Shown here: positions 32,949-39,912 of the stretch, in pieces
Numbering within the stretch: position 1 is the first letter of the stretch
Layout of the letters: the number at the start of each line of letters is the position of its first letter
Virus record (IMG/VR): IMGVR_UViG_3300016476_000468
Location: 1 to 39,912 of that record
Length of the DNA: 39,912 bases
Direction: 5' to 3' (one strand)
DNA from: a virus
Lineage: Duplodnaviria; Heunggongvirae; Uroviricota; Caudoviricetes
The notes under the pieces: model-generated
The model's input: only the letters and a program-made list of their open reading frames with translations
The model's database searches: none
What the model was told of the DNA's origin: nothing
Position numbers and translations under genes: made by a program

Positions 32949-34387
32949 TGTTTTTCGATCAATACCCTGAATTCGTACAACACGATGTGAGAACTCACAG
33001 GGGAACGCTCAAAGTAACTGCTGAGTCTCTGACCAATCGTTGTCAAGCACTACTACCATCGTGGTTAGTTAAAGACAAAACTATTTTAGATCTAGGTCAC
33101 TGCTTGGGCGCATTCGGACACTGGGCACTAGCCAACGGTGCTGCACACTACACTGGTGTAGACATTCAGAATGACTTTTGCATCAAATCTGCAGAGCTTC
33201 TGTCCAACTATTGGGATCAAGATAAATTCAGTATCATTAATGCTGAGACTCTAGAGTTTCTACAGTCTTGCAAGAAATACGATATTGTTATTGCGTCAGG
33301 TATCATACACTGTTACATTAACCCAATCACATTCATTGAACTGCTGGCTAACGTAACCAATGAAACTGTAGTTGTCGAGAATCAAGAAGCAGAAGAAAAA
33401 GATGGACCATGCATACAGTTCAAGCTGATGAATATGGTCTCCAACGAGATCGGTAAACCATACGCTGGTTGGTCTTCTGCGGTTGGTTACGAAGCGTTAA
33501 AAGTCATTATGGCAGAGAATGGCTTTGAGGTTTATGGTTCTAGAATCTATCCACAGAGAATAGAAAACAGTCACGATGCGTATAACGACATATGCGAGAA
33601 CAAAGGTGTTTCCTTGCACAACTCACCGAATCGTTATATGGTTCGTTACAAGAGGACTAAACGACCACCAAAGAGTTCGCTGAAGTATTCAGTATTGAAT
33701 GGCGTCAAAACTCAGAATCCATCTTATCTGAACATCAATAACCTAAAGATTGTAAAGACAGAGAAATGGAAGTTCGATGAGAGTGTGGCTAAACGATTCC
33801 AACAAGAAGCTGATTCCAACATCCCAGACTATGAAAGAGTTATAGATCTTTGTATAGAGATCGCAAATAGGTTTAATAAGGAAGCGACCATCGTTGATGT
33901 TGGTTCTGCTCTAGGATATACTGTAGATAAATTTCTACAGCGAGGATACACTAATGTGTATGGAGTTGAATCAAGTCAGGCTATGATAGATAACTCGCTG
34001 AACAAAGAAAGAATCATACTCAGCGAGAAATTTCCTAATATTCAATCTGATTTAGTCCTAGCTAACTGGACTTTACATTTTGTAGAAGAACGAAAACAAT
34101 ACATTCAAGATGTTTATGATAATCTAAATCGTGATGGTGTTTTTATCTTGACAGACAAAACTCCACAGTCAGAAACTGTTAAAAATCTATACTACGATTT
34201 TAAGAGATCCAAGGGAGTATCAGATGAATATATCTACGAGAAAGAAAAGAAACTGCAGGGGTATATGAATCTGCTACCTGTTCAATGGTATCTAGATACA
34301 CTACGAGAAGTAGGGTTTAGTGATATCCAGATTATCAATAGTAAATTTGGATTTGTTACATTTTATTGTGAGAAGAACTATGTCTGA
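32948..34387 (+). CDS. Two-domain class I SAM-dependent enzyme (CmoB-like N-term + CmoA-like C-term)
   Basis: KTILDLGHCLG..GVD; WKFDESVA..F, IPDY, DVGSALG, NWTLHF, GVFILTDK, FKRSKGVS..IYEK. Confidence 0.7.
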   Translation: MFFDQYPEFVQHDVRTHRGTLKVTAESLTNRCQALLPSWLVKDKTILDLGHCLGAFGHWALANGAAHYTGVDIQNDFCIKSAELLSNYWDQDKFSIINAETLEFLQSCKKYDIVIASGIIHCYINPITFIELLANVTNETVVVENQEAEEKDGPCIQFKLMNMVSNEIGKPYAGWSSAVGYEALKVIMAENGFEVYGSRIYPQRIENSHDAYNDICENKGVSLHNSPNRYMVRYKRTKRPPKSSLKYSVLNGVKTQNPSYLNINNLKIVKTEKWKFDESVAKRFQQEADSNIPDYERVIDLCIEIANRFNKEATIVDVGSALGYTVDKFLQRGYTNVYGVESSQAMIDNSLNKERIILSEKFPNIQSDLVLANWTLHFVEERKQYIQDVYDNLNRDGVFILTDKTPQSETVKNLYYDFKRSKGVSDEYIYEKEKKLQGYMNLLPVQWYLDTLREVGFSDIQIINSKFGFVTFYCEKNYV

Positions 34388-34970
34388 ATATTCAGAAATT
34401 AAAGACAATCATCGTGACCGAGTATATGTAATCGAAAGTCCAGATGAACTAGATGTTCATATGAAGTCAAAGCGTAAATGGGTCAGTAATTATTTTCTGA
34501 TTGATAAGCCACGTATCGTACACTTTGCTGAAGCTACTGGTGATACTCAATGGATCCATACAGCAGATAATGAGGAAATAAAGAAACGTCTGAATCTAGT
34601 TTCTCATGGCTTTGGTGAAGATCCATTCGATAGAACTATTGCGCATGGATATTATAGTTTAGCTATGTTCGGCAGTCTGCTTGGCAAGGCTGTCAATATG
34701 AAATTTGTTAAATTAGTTATCAATTATGGATTAGACTATGTGCGATTTACTACCCCAGTTCCAGTAGATTCTAAGGTGCGTGGTCTGTTCTCTATTAAAA
34801 AATGGGAATGGATCGTAGATAAAAACGATCCACAAAAGAAACATGGTGTTAAAATCTGGTGGGATCAGGTTTTACAAGTTCAAGGTAAAAAGAAACCCGC
34901 CTGTTATGCTACATCTATTATTTTATATTACTTCGACAAAAACTATGCTCCACAAGAATCATCTGAATGA
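34380..34970 (+). CDS. MaoC-family dehydratase
   Basis: FAEATGDTQWIH, IAHG, NYGLDYVRFTTPVPV. Confidence 0.88.
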   Translation: MSEYSEIKDNHRDRVYVIESPDELDVHMKSKRKWVSNYFLIDKPRIVHFAEATGDTQWIHTADNEEIKKRLNLVSHGFGEDPFDRTIAHGYYSLAMFGSLLGKAVNMKFVKLVINYGLDYVRFTTPVPVDSKVRGLFSIKKWEWIVDKNDPQKKHGVKIWWDQVLQVQGKKKPACYATSIILYYFDKNYAPQESSE

Positions 34971-35199
34971 GGCACAAGAATACTCCAGACTAGGTAATAG
35001 TAAATGGTTTTACTTTATCCATATGTGGTGGGCGATTAAGTTCTCTGCAACGCTACTATTATGGTCTGTGCTTATGTTTATCCATGCCATCTTTCCTCAA
35101 TTAGTAGGTTTTACTGTTTTAGAGAAAATGGTAGCTTTTCTTAAATATATGAAAGAGCAACATCCAGATGACCCCATCCTCAAAGACCTCGACCTATGA
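34945..35199 (+). CDS. Small membrane protein (DUF6356-like)
   Basis: HLNE..Y..H..A pattern and IHAIFP. Confidence 0.6.
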   Translation: MLHKNHLNEAQEYSRLGNSKWFYFIHMWWAIKFSATLLLWSVLMFIHAIFPQLVGFTVLEKMVAFLKYMKEQHPDDPILKDLDL

Positions 35200-35941
35200 T
35201 ATTATTCGGGTTGGTCTACCAATAACCAGAGATACAGTAACCGCAGAGTTTCTGGAAATAGTAGATGAATTAGAACGCAACGAAGATTGGGTTGCTTTAA
35301 CTCTGTGTGACTATGATACTACTGGTACTAAAGTAAGATTCGACCAACATAATGCACCAGCTGGTTATGAAATCTTGCTACAACGTGGATTCGTATTCAA
35401 AGAAAAAGAGTTAACACGAGTAAATAAAATTATTGGCACTTTTGGTTATCTATGGCATGGGCGTGACCCTATGCAAACTACATTTAAGTTGTTACAAACT
35501 CTTAAGAATGTGCATGCTACAGAGCAATTCAAAAAGGTAGTAACATTCACTCCAGGTAGTCCATACTATGACGACGCAATAACTAAAATACTTTGCTCTG
35601 CTTTTAATGATATACGTGTAGTAGATACTGCTTCATCTGCTCAAATTGCTGCTGATTCTATTGGCGGTGACTGCGTCATTCGTGCATACTACGATGATTT
35701 TGTTCTTGGTAAGAATCCAACTATAGACAAGTCTAAGATTGCAATATTCTCCTGCTTACAATTTGGTTACAATGTAGATATGCACAAGGTTATTCTCGAT
35801 CTACAACCTAAAGAAATAATTGCAGTCAGCATTAAACTTGACAAGGTAGAAAAGAAAGTGTATACTTCTAATGAAGTTCTAAACGATATCGATAGGTTAT
35901 TCAAGTCTGACCAGACTTATATCTTTGGTTTTGTGTGGTAA
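35168..35941 (+). CDS. Hypothetical protein, possible tetrapyrrole-methylase fold
   Basis: VVTFTPGSPYYDD and VVDTASSAQIAA resemble class III methyltransferase motifs. Confidence 0.5.
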   Translation: MTPSSKTSTYDIIRVGLPITRDTVTAEFLEIVDELERNEDWVALTLCDYDTTGTKVRFDQHNAPAGYEILLQRGFVFKEKELTRVNKIIGTFGYLWHGRDPMQTTFKLLQTLKNVHATEQFKKVVTFTPGSPYYDDAITKILCSAFNDIRVVDTASSAQIAADSIGGDCVIRAYYDDFVLGKNPTIDKSKIAIFSCLQFGYNVDMHKVILDLQPKEIIAVSIKLDKVEKKVYTSNEVLNDIDRLFKSDQTYIFGFVW

Positions 35942-35951
35942 GGAGAAATCA

Positions 35952-36266
35952 ATGGATCAACAAGCAAAAGAAAAGCACAGCAAACGCATCCATCAAAAAG
36001 AAACCCATGTAAAAAAGCAAGCAAAGATTGCTAAACAACTAGGTATCCAAGAAAAAGAGCCGCATCGCTTTGCAAAGCATAGCCCAGCAAACTGTGGTAA
36101 CCCAAAATGTTTTATGTGCGGTAATCCGCGTAAGACATCCAATGAATTAACCATCCAAGAACAAAAGTTCTATCAAGACCCAGATACTATTAGAGATAAA
36201 CGCAGTAACGGAATAGTACCTGACGAAATCCAAGTATACCTAGATGTGAGAAATGGCACGCAATGA
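35952..36266 (+). CDS. Basic hypothetical protein with CxxxxCxxC motif
   Basis: AAGGAG RBS; CGNPKCFMCGNPR. Confidence 0.7.
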   Translation: MDQQAKEKHSKRIHQKETHVKKQAKIAKQLGIQEKEPHRFAKHSPANCGNPKCFMCGNPRKTSNELTIQEQKFYQDPDTIRDKRSNGIVPDEIQVYLDVRNGTQ

Positions 36267-36760
36267 AATTAGCAACACTAACACAATATGCAAAACATAA
36301 AGATGGTACATATGTATCGATGGATCTGACTGATGAATGCAGAGATCTATTAGATCATTTCGTTGAAATGAATCTTGGTCTAACTGAGCGAGTAGATAAA
36401 TCCACTTATCATATCACTATCATCTATTCTCGTACTCCTGTTCCATCAGCAGAACTATATTCTCGCACTGAGAGTACTGGTCATGCTCTTGTTACTGGTT
36501 ATGATGTATTCCCAACTAAAAACGATGGTAAGTGTTTAGTTATGCGATTAGACTTTCCATTTGCAGTTATGTTAAACAAACAACTAACTGCAGAAGGAGC
36601 AACCAGTGATTATGATTCTTACAAACCACATATGACTATTGCATATGATATGAAGCAAGAAGTTGATCCCGCTACTCTACCAGTACCACAATTCCCACTA
36701 CACTTCACACCTGTTAAAGTAGCACCACTCGATCCAGAGTTTGTGCCTAAAAACAAGTAA
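36263..36760 (+). CDS. 2H phosphoesterase, T4 gp57B/Acb1-like
   Basis: GTYV, YHITIIYSR and YKPHMTIAY (two HxT motifs). Confidence 0.8.
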   Translation: MKLATLTQYAKHKDGTYVSMDLTDECRDLLDHFVEMNLGLTERVDKSTYHITIIYSRTPVPSAELYSRTESTGHALVTGYDVFPTKNDGKCLVMRLDFPFAVMLNKQLTAEGATSDYDSYKPHMTIAYDMKQEVDPATLPVPQFPLHFTPVKVAPLDPEFVPKNK

Positions 36761-36789
36761 TTGTCTTGCAAGATTCTTTAGTGTATAAT
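36761..36789 (+). promoter_or_regulatory. Sigma70 promoter TTGTCT-17-TATAAT
   Basis: Consensus upstream of AAGGAG RBS. Confidence 0.7.
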
Positions 36790-36808
36790 ATAGCTAAAGG
36801 AGTTTGAA

Positions 36809-36991
36809 ATGAAATGTTGTGATAATAACTGCAGACAAGGTCGCGACTGTCCCCATCGCACATCCATCCTGGACAATCCAAAGTTCGTAATGGTATGTGC
36901 GATTGTCATTGCGCCATTCATTGCTTTGTGGATGTTGGTTCGCCATCCTATTGTTTGTTATAAAGTTTTTAAGAACAAAGATGTATTATGA
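36809..36991 (+). CDS. Small Cys-rich membrane protein
   Basis: CCDNNCRQGRDCP + TM helix. Confidence 0.65.
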   Translation: MKCCDNNCRQGRDCPHRTSILDNPKFVMVCAIVIAPFIALWMLVRHPIVCYKVFKNKDVL

Positions 36992-37458
36992 ACAGATTAT
37001 TTGTTATGGTTGGTGTTCCTGGTTCTGGTAAGTCCACTTGGATTAAAAACCAAAAGTGGGCGCTGGGTATGCCTGTAGTTAGTACCGATGCTTTTGTAGA
37101 AGATTATGCTAGGGCGCAGGGTAAAACTTACTCTGAAGTATTCCAAGAGTATATGCCGACTGCTGTAGAAAAGATGGCTGAACAGGTTGTGTTCTACAGA
37201 AAAAACAAAGTTGATATTATCTGGGATCAGACTAGCACTACCATTGCCACTCGTGCTAAAAAGATTCGTATGTTGCCAGAATACTACAAGATCGCAGTAG
37301 TAATGAAGACTCCACCAACAGCTGAGTTGCAACAGCGTCTCGCTAGTCGTCCAGGAAAAGTTATTCCATGGGAAGTTGTATCAAATATGGCTCAACAATT
37401 AGAAGCTGAGCCACCAACAGAAGATGAGGGATTCGATGAAATCTGGTATGGACAATGA
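36988..37458 (+). CDS. P-loop kinase (AAA_33, polynucleotide-kinase-like)
   Basis: GVPGSGKST, STD, WDQT, R..R lid, EGFDEI. Confidence 0.85.
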   Translation: MNRLFVMVGVPGSGKSTWIKNQKWALGMPVVSTDAFVEDYARAQGKTYSEVFQEYMPTAVEKMAEQVVFYRKNKVDIIWDQTSTTIATRAKKIRMLPEYYKIAVVMKTPPTAELQQRLASRPGKVIPWEVVSNMAQQLEAEPPTEDEGFDEIWYGQ

Positions 37459-37615
37459 AGTTTGTTTAGTTTGTGGTAAACCTGCTGATTGGGTTCGTTC
37501 AACCCAGTTTGCTGGTAACCATCCGTATTGCGAACACCACGCAAAAAAGGAAGATGATTTTGGTGAAGATGATTCATATTCTTATTGGATCAAACTAGAA
37601 GACAAGGAGAAGTGA
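37448..37615 (+). CDS. Small zinc-finger protein
   Basis: CLVCGKPA...YCEHH. Confidence 0.65.
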   Translation: MDNEVCLVCGKPADWVRSTQFAGNHPYCEHHAKKEDDFGEDDSYSYWIKLEDKEK

Positions 37616-37616
37616 T

Positions 37617-37712
37617 ATGTTAGTTGCAGTAATGCTAATTGTACTAGCCGCACTAGTTGGTTTATTTTTATGGACACTCACTGAGTGTAATCCAGATGAC
37701 GAACAAGATTGA
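37617..37712 (+). CDS. 31-aa single-TM peptide (not in ORF track)
   Basis: AAGGAG RBS; MLVAVMLIVLAALVGLFLWTLTECNPDDEQD. Confidence 0.55.
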   Translation: MLVAVMLIVLAALVGLFLWTLTECNPDDEQD

Positions 37713-37911
37713 TACCATTTACTTACACAGAGATGATCTGCAGACTATTCTACAATTCTTGGATACATTTCCAGATCGTGATGTTGTAGAAGTTACTAGC
37801 GATACATCCAGTGGTATTGGTGCGCTGATTAAGGCTAGTGTTATTGGTGCTACGGTCAATGGACATGTCGTCACTGTAACAAAAGATATTGTAGACGAGA
37901 GCAGCTGGTAA
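37696..37911 (+). CDS. Hypothetical protein
   Basis: SSGIG motif; coupled to neighbours. Confidence 0.6.
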   Translation: MTNKIDTIYLHRDDLQTILQFLDTFPDRDVVEVTSDTSSGIGALIKASVIGATVNGHVVTVTKDIVDESSW

Positions 37912-38210
37912 TGTTTCAGCAGGAAACAGATTTTAAAACCCATGACTACATCATTGGTGGAAAGATGGTTGTTGGTCGTGCTTCAATGGATCAGTCATAT
38001 GCTGTACAGATGACGTCAGATCAAACATTCCGAGATGAAGTAAAGAAGAAGTTGATTATGGATATGGCTCAGTTCATCCTGGAGAACAATCTTGTGGAGT
38101 TTACTCAGTATGATGACCCAATATCGTTTACAAAGCATATTGCAGTCCGAGCCTATCTTGCACCAAACGACCAAGTAAAGATTCTACGATTAGCCAATAA
38201 GATTGTATGA
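37911..38210 (+). CDS. Hypothetical protein
   Basis: ORF track; TAATG coupling. Confidence 0.65.
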   Translation: MFQQETDFKTHDYIIGGKMVVGRASMDQSYAVQMTSDQTFRDEVKKKLIMDMAQFILENNLVEFTQYDDPISFTKHIAVRAYLAPNDQVKILRLANKIV

Positions 38211-38485
38211 AGACGTTCGTTATCGCTGGAACCCACGAACAAGGTATGCGTTGGGTTAAGCAGAACATAACAGCCCATGCAACTACCCATGGTAGCTGGA
38301 GATCGCTTAGTGACTATATCATTGTTCAGAGTGTTATTAACCTAAAGGGTTATAGCAATCCACATGGAGTCTTCGTTGGTACATGGCGTGAGCGTAAGGA
38401 CATTAGTGAAATCTTACACAACATACATTATCAATCTTCGCCATCTAACCTAAAAATAATAGAGTTGTTGAAGGAATTGGGATGA
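38207..38485 (+). CDS. Hypothetical protein
   Basis: ORF track; ATGA coupling. Confidence 0.65.
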   Translation: MKTFVIAGTHEQGMRWVKQNITAHATTHGSWRSLSDYIIVQSVINLKGYSNPHGVFVGTWRERKDISEILHNIHYQSSPSNLKIIELLKELG

Positions 38486-38724
38486 AGTATTACACAATTG
38501 CATTTCCAGGTGAGTGCGGACAGCATGTTCAGGAGACTTGGTCTACAGAACAAATCCTGCAGAGCGCATGGTATCGTAACTGGGTTCTCAAGGTAATCCA
38601 AGCAGATCGTGCATACCTATTAGAAGATCCACAGGCTGCAATTGATGATTGGGTTGTAGTTCACTGGGCAGTAGAGACAGATCAGTGGGGAAATAAGAAT
38701 GTTCAATCTAGTCAAGAAACCTGA
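38482..38724 (+). CDS. Hypothetical protein
   Basis: ORF track; IDDWVVVHWA. Confidence 0.65.
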   Translation: MKYYTIAFPGECGQHVQETWSTEQILQSAWYRNWVLKVIQADRAYLLEDPQAAIDDWVVVHWAVETDQWGNKNVQSSQET

Positions 38725-38968
38725 GGTATCTGAAGCCACTCGTCTCGAGCAGATGCAACTAGAAGAGCTAATGCTCTATCTGATTCGATACGGTAAACCT
38801 CGTGTGTCATACCATGACGGTGGCTGGTACTGTAAGGTCGAGATGAATACAAACACAAAAGGAACGCAATTCGACGTAGCATCGGACTTTGATCAACCGA
38901 CTCCCTTACATGCTGCTCGTATGTGTCATGAGCGTATTATTGGAGCTATGAAAGCGTTAGGTGTATGA
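38699..38968 (+). CDS. Hypothetical protein
   Basis: ORF track. Confidence 0.6.
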   Translation: MFNLVKKPEVSEATRLEQMQLEELMLYLIRYGKPRVSYHDGGWYCKVEMNTNTKGTQFDVASDFDQPTPLHAARMCHERIIGAMKALGV

Positions 38969-39339
38969 AAGTAACTGAAGATCAATTTAGATACGAATGG
39001 TTCTCTGGAACTGGTGGCGGTGGACAACACCGTAATAAGCACCAGAACTGCTGCCGTTGTATCCATGAGCCCACTGGAATCGTAGCCACTGGACAGACCA
39101 GTCGTAGTCGAGATGAGAACAAACAGAATGCTTACATCAACTGTCTATCGAGAGTGAAGGCGCATTTCCACAAGGATAAAGAACGATTCTTGGCTGGTAC
39201 AGAACGTATCCGTACTTACCATGAGCCAGACAATCGAGTAACAGACCATGCCTCTGGACTCCAAGATACCTATACTAACGTAATCGTCAAGGGTAATATG
39301 GAACAGATGATCGAGGCAAGAGCAAAGGTAACAAGATGA
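38965..39339 (+). CDS. Stand-alone class I release factor GGQ domain (peptidyl-tRNA hydrolase-like)
   Basis: GTGGGGQHRNK, HEPTGI, RSRDENK, ERIRTY..PDNRVTDH; no N-terminal or PxT-bearing region. Confidence 0.85.
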   Translation: MKVTEDQFRYEWFSGTGGGGQHRNKHQNCCRCIHEPTGIVATGQTSRSRDENKQNAYINCLSRVKAHFHKDKERFLAGTERIRTYHEPDNRVTDHASGLQDTYTNVIVKGNMEQMIEARAKVTR

Positions 39340-39638
39340 CCAACGAAGAAATGATTAAATTCCTACAGGATCGAATCGAGCACCTAGATGCTATGCTCGA
39401 GAAATCTATGGAGATGAATCGTAAGCTAATGGAAAAACTTGGAGATCGTCCAATCACTCCGTTACCTTATCCACTACCAACTACACAACCAGTGTGGCCA
39501 ACCATTAATCCACCAATCGCAATCAAAGACCACTGTCACAAGTGCGGTCTAAAGATGGAAGGTGTGATGGGTTACGTTTGTACACAACCACAGTGTCCAA
39601 CTGGACTAGGAGGAGCATGGTGTGGAAACCAAAGCTAA
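39336..39638 (+). CDS. Hypothetical protein (coiled coil, Pro-rich, Cys motif)
   Basis: CHKCG..MGYVC....CPTG. Confidence 0.65.
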   Translation: MTNEEMIKFLQDRIEHLDAMLEKSMEMNRKLMEKLGDRPITPLPYPLPTTQPVWPTINPPIAIKDHCHKCGLKMEGVMGYVCTQPQCPTGLGGAWCGNQS

Positions 39639-39789
39639 TTTACCCCAGTGGATCGACGAGATCGATGAAGGTGGCTACCGAGAAGTTAGCTTAAAGACTC
39701 CAGAGTTTTTAGAGCTACAGGCTAAGTATCAGGCACTGTACAACAAGACAGAGTGGGACAATTGGAAACCAATAAGGGATATACGATGA
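39622..39789 (+). CDS. Hypothetical protein (55 aa, GTG start)
   Basis: GGAGGAG RBS; open frame to TGA overlapping the next ATG. Confidence 0.5.
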   Translation: METKANLPQWIDEIDEGGYREVSLKTPEFLELQAKYQALYNKTEWDNWKPIRDIR

Positions 39790-39912
39790 ATTTAGAATCA
39801 CATGCGTTAATAGAATTTCGTGCAGCTGGCTGGCTGGACGAGAACGGTAAGTTCAAAGATGAAATGCAGGAACTAATCTGCAAGCAACTGTTGGAACTAC
39901 TACATCTCTTTG
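39786..39912 (+). CDS. Hypothetical protein (3'-truncated)
   Basis: MNLESHALIEFRAAGW... open to the window end. Confidence 0.5.
   Translation, partial: MNLESHALIEFRAAGWLDENGKFKDEMQELICKQLLELLHLF

Noticed and set aside
1-39912. Genome-wide TAG reassignment
   Set aside because: Recognisable proteins are full length in the standard code in this window; the rest of the genome cannot be seen.

Overview
This is a 40-kb segment of a large T4-like (myovirus-type) phage genome. Nearly all genes are on the + strand, with sigma70-type early promoters and TATAAATA late promoters. IscU/IscA/ErpA and a Bug/TctC-like protein suggest a betaproteobacterial host (inference). The left part carries nrdA/nrdB, a GIY-YIG nuclease, RNase H, dCMP deaminase, auxiliary enzymes and Fe-S assembly genes. 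The centre (18.2-27.9 kb) is a translation-control island. It holds about 35 tRNAs covering all 20 amino acids, including an amber suppressor and A34 and UAU anticodons. Upstream of the tRNAs is a 37-aa leader ORF containing all 20 amino acids, coupled to mutually exclusive antiterminator/terminator hairpins, which looks like a pan-tRNA-sensing attenuator. Interleaved with the tRNAs is a family of about 9-10 ncRNAs sharing an AGGAT-n-CAGCA...ATCCTGTTG stem that carries swappable tRNA parts (bare anticodon loops, a YrlA-like permuted tRNA domain, CCA-ended permutants). The family ends directly upstream of a Ro60/TROVE-related DUF2828-vWA gene. The right part has a late metabolic cluster (2OG oxygenases, acyl-CoA ligase, SDR, BKACE, CmoB/CmoA-like fusion, MaoC), an Acb1/gp57B-like 2H phosphoesterase, a P-loop kinase and a GGQ release-factor-domain protein. 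All family assignments come from visual motif recognition; no database searches were run.
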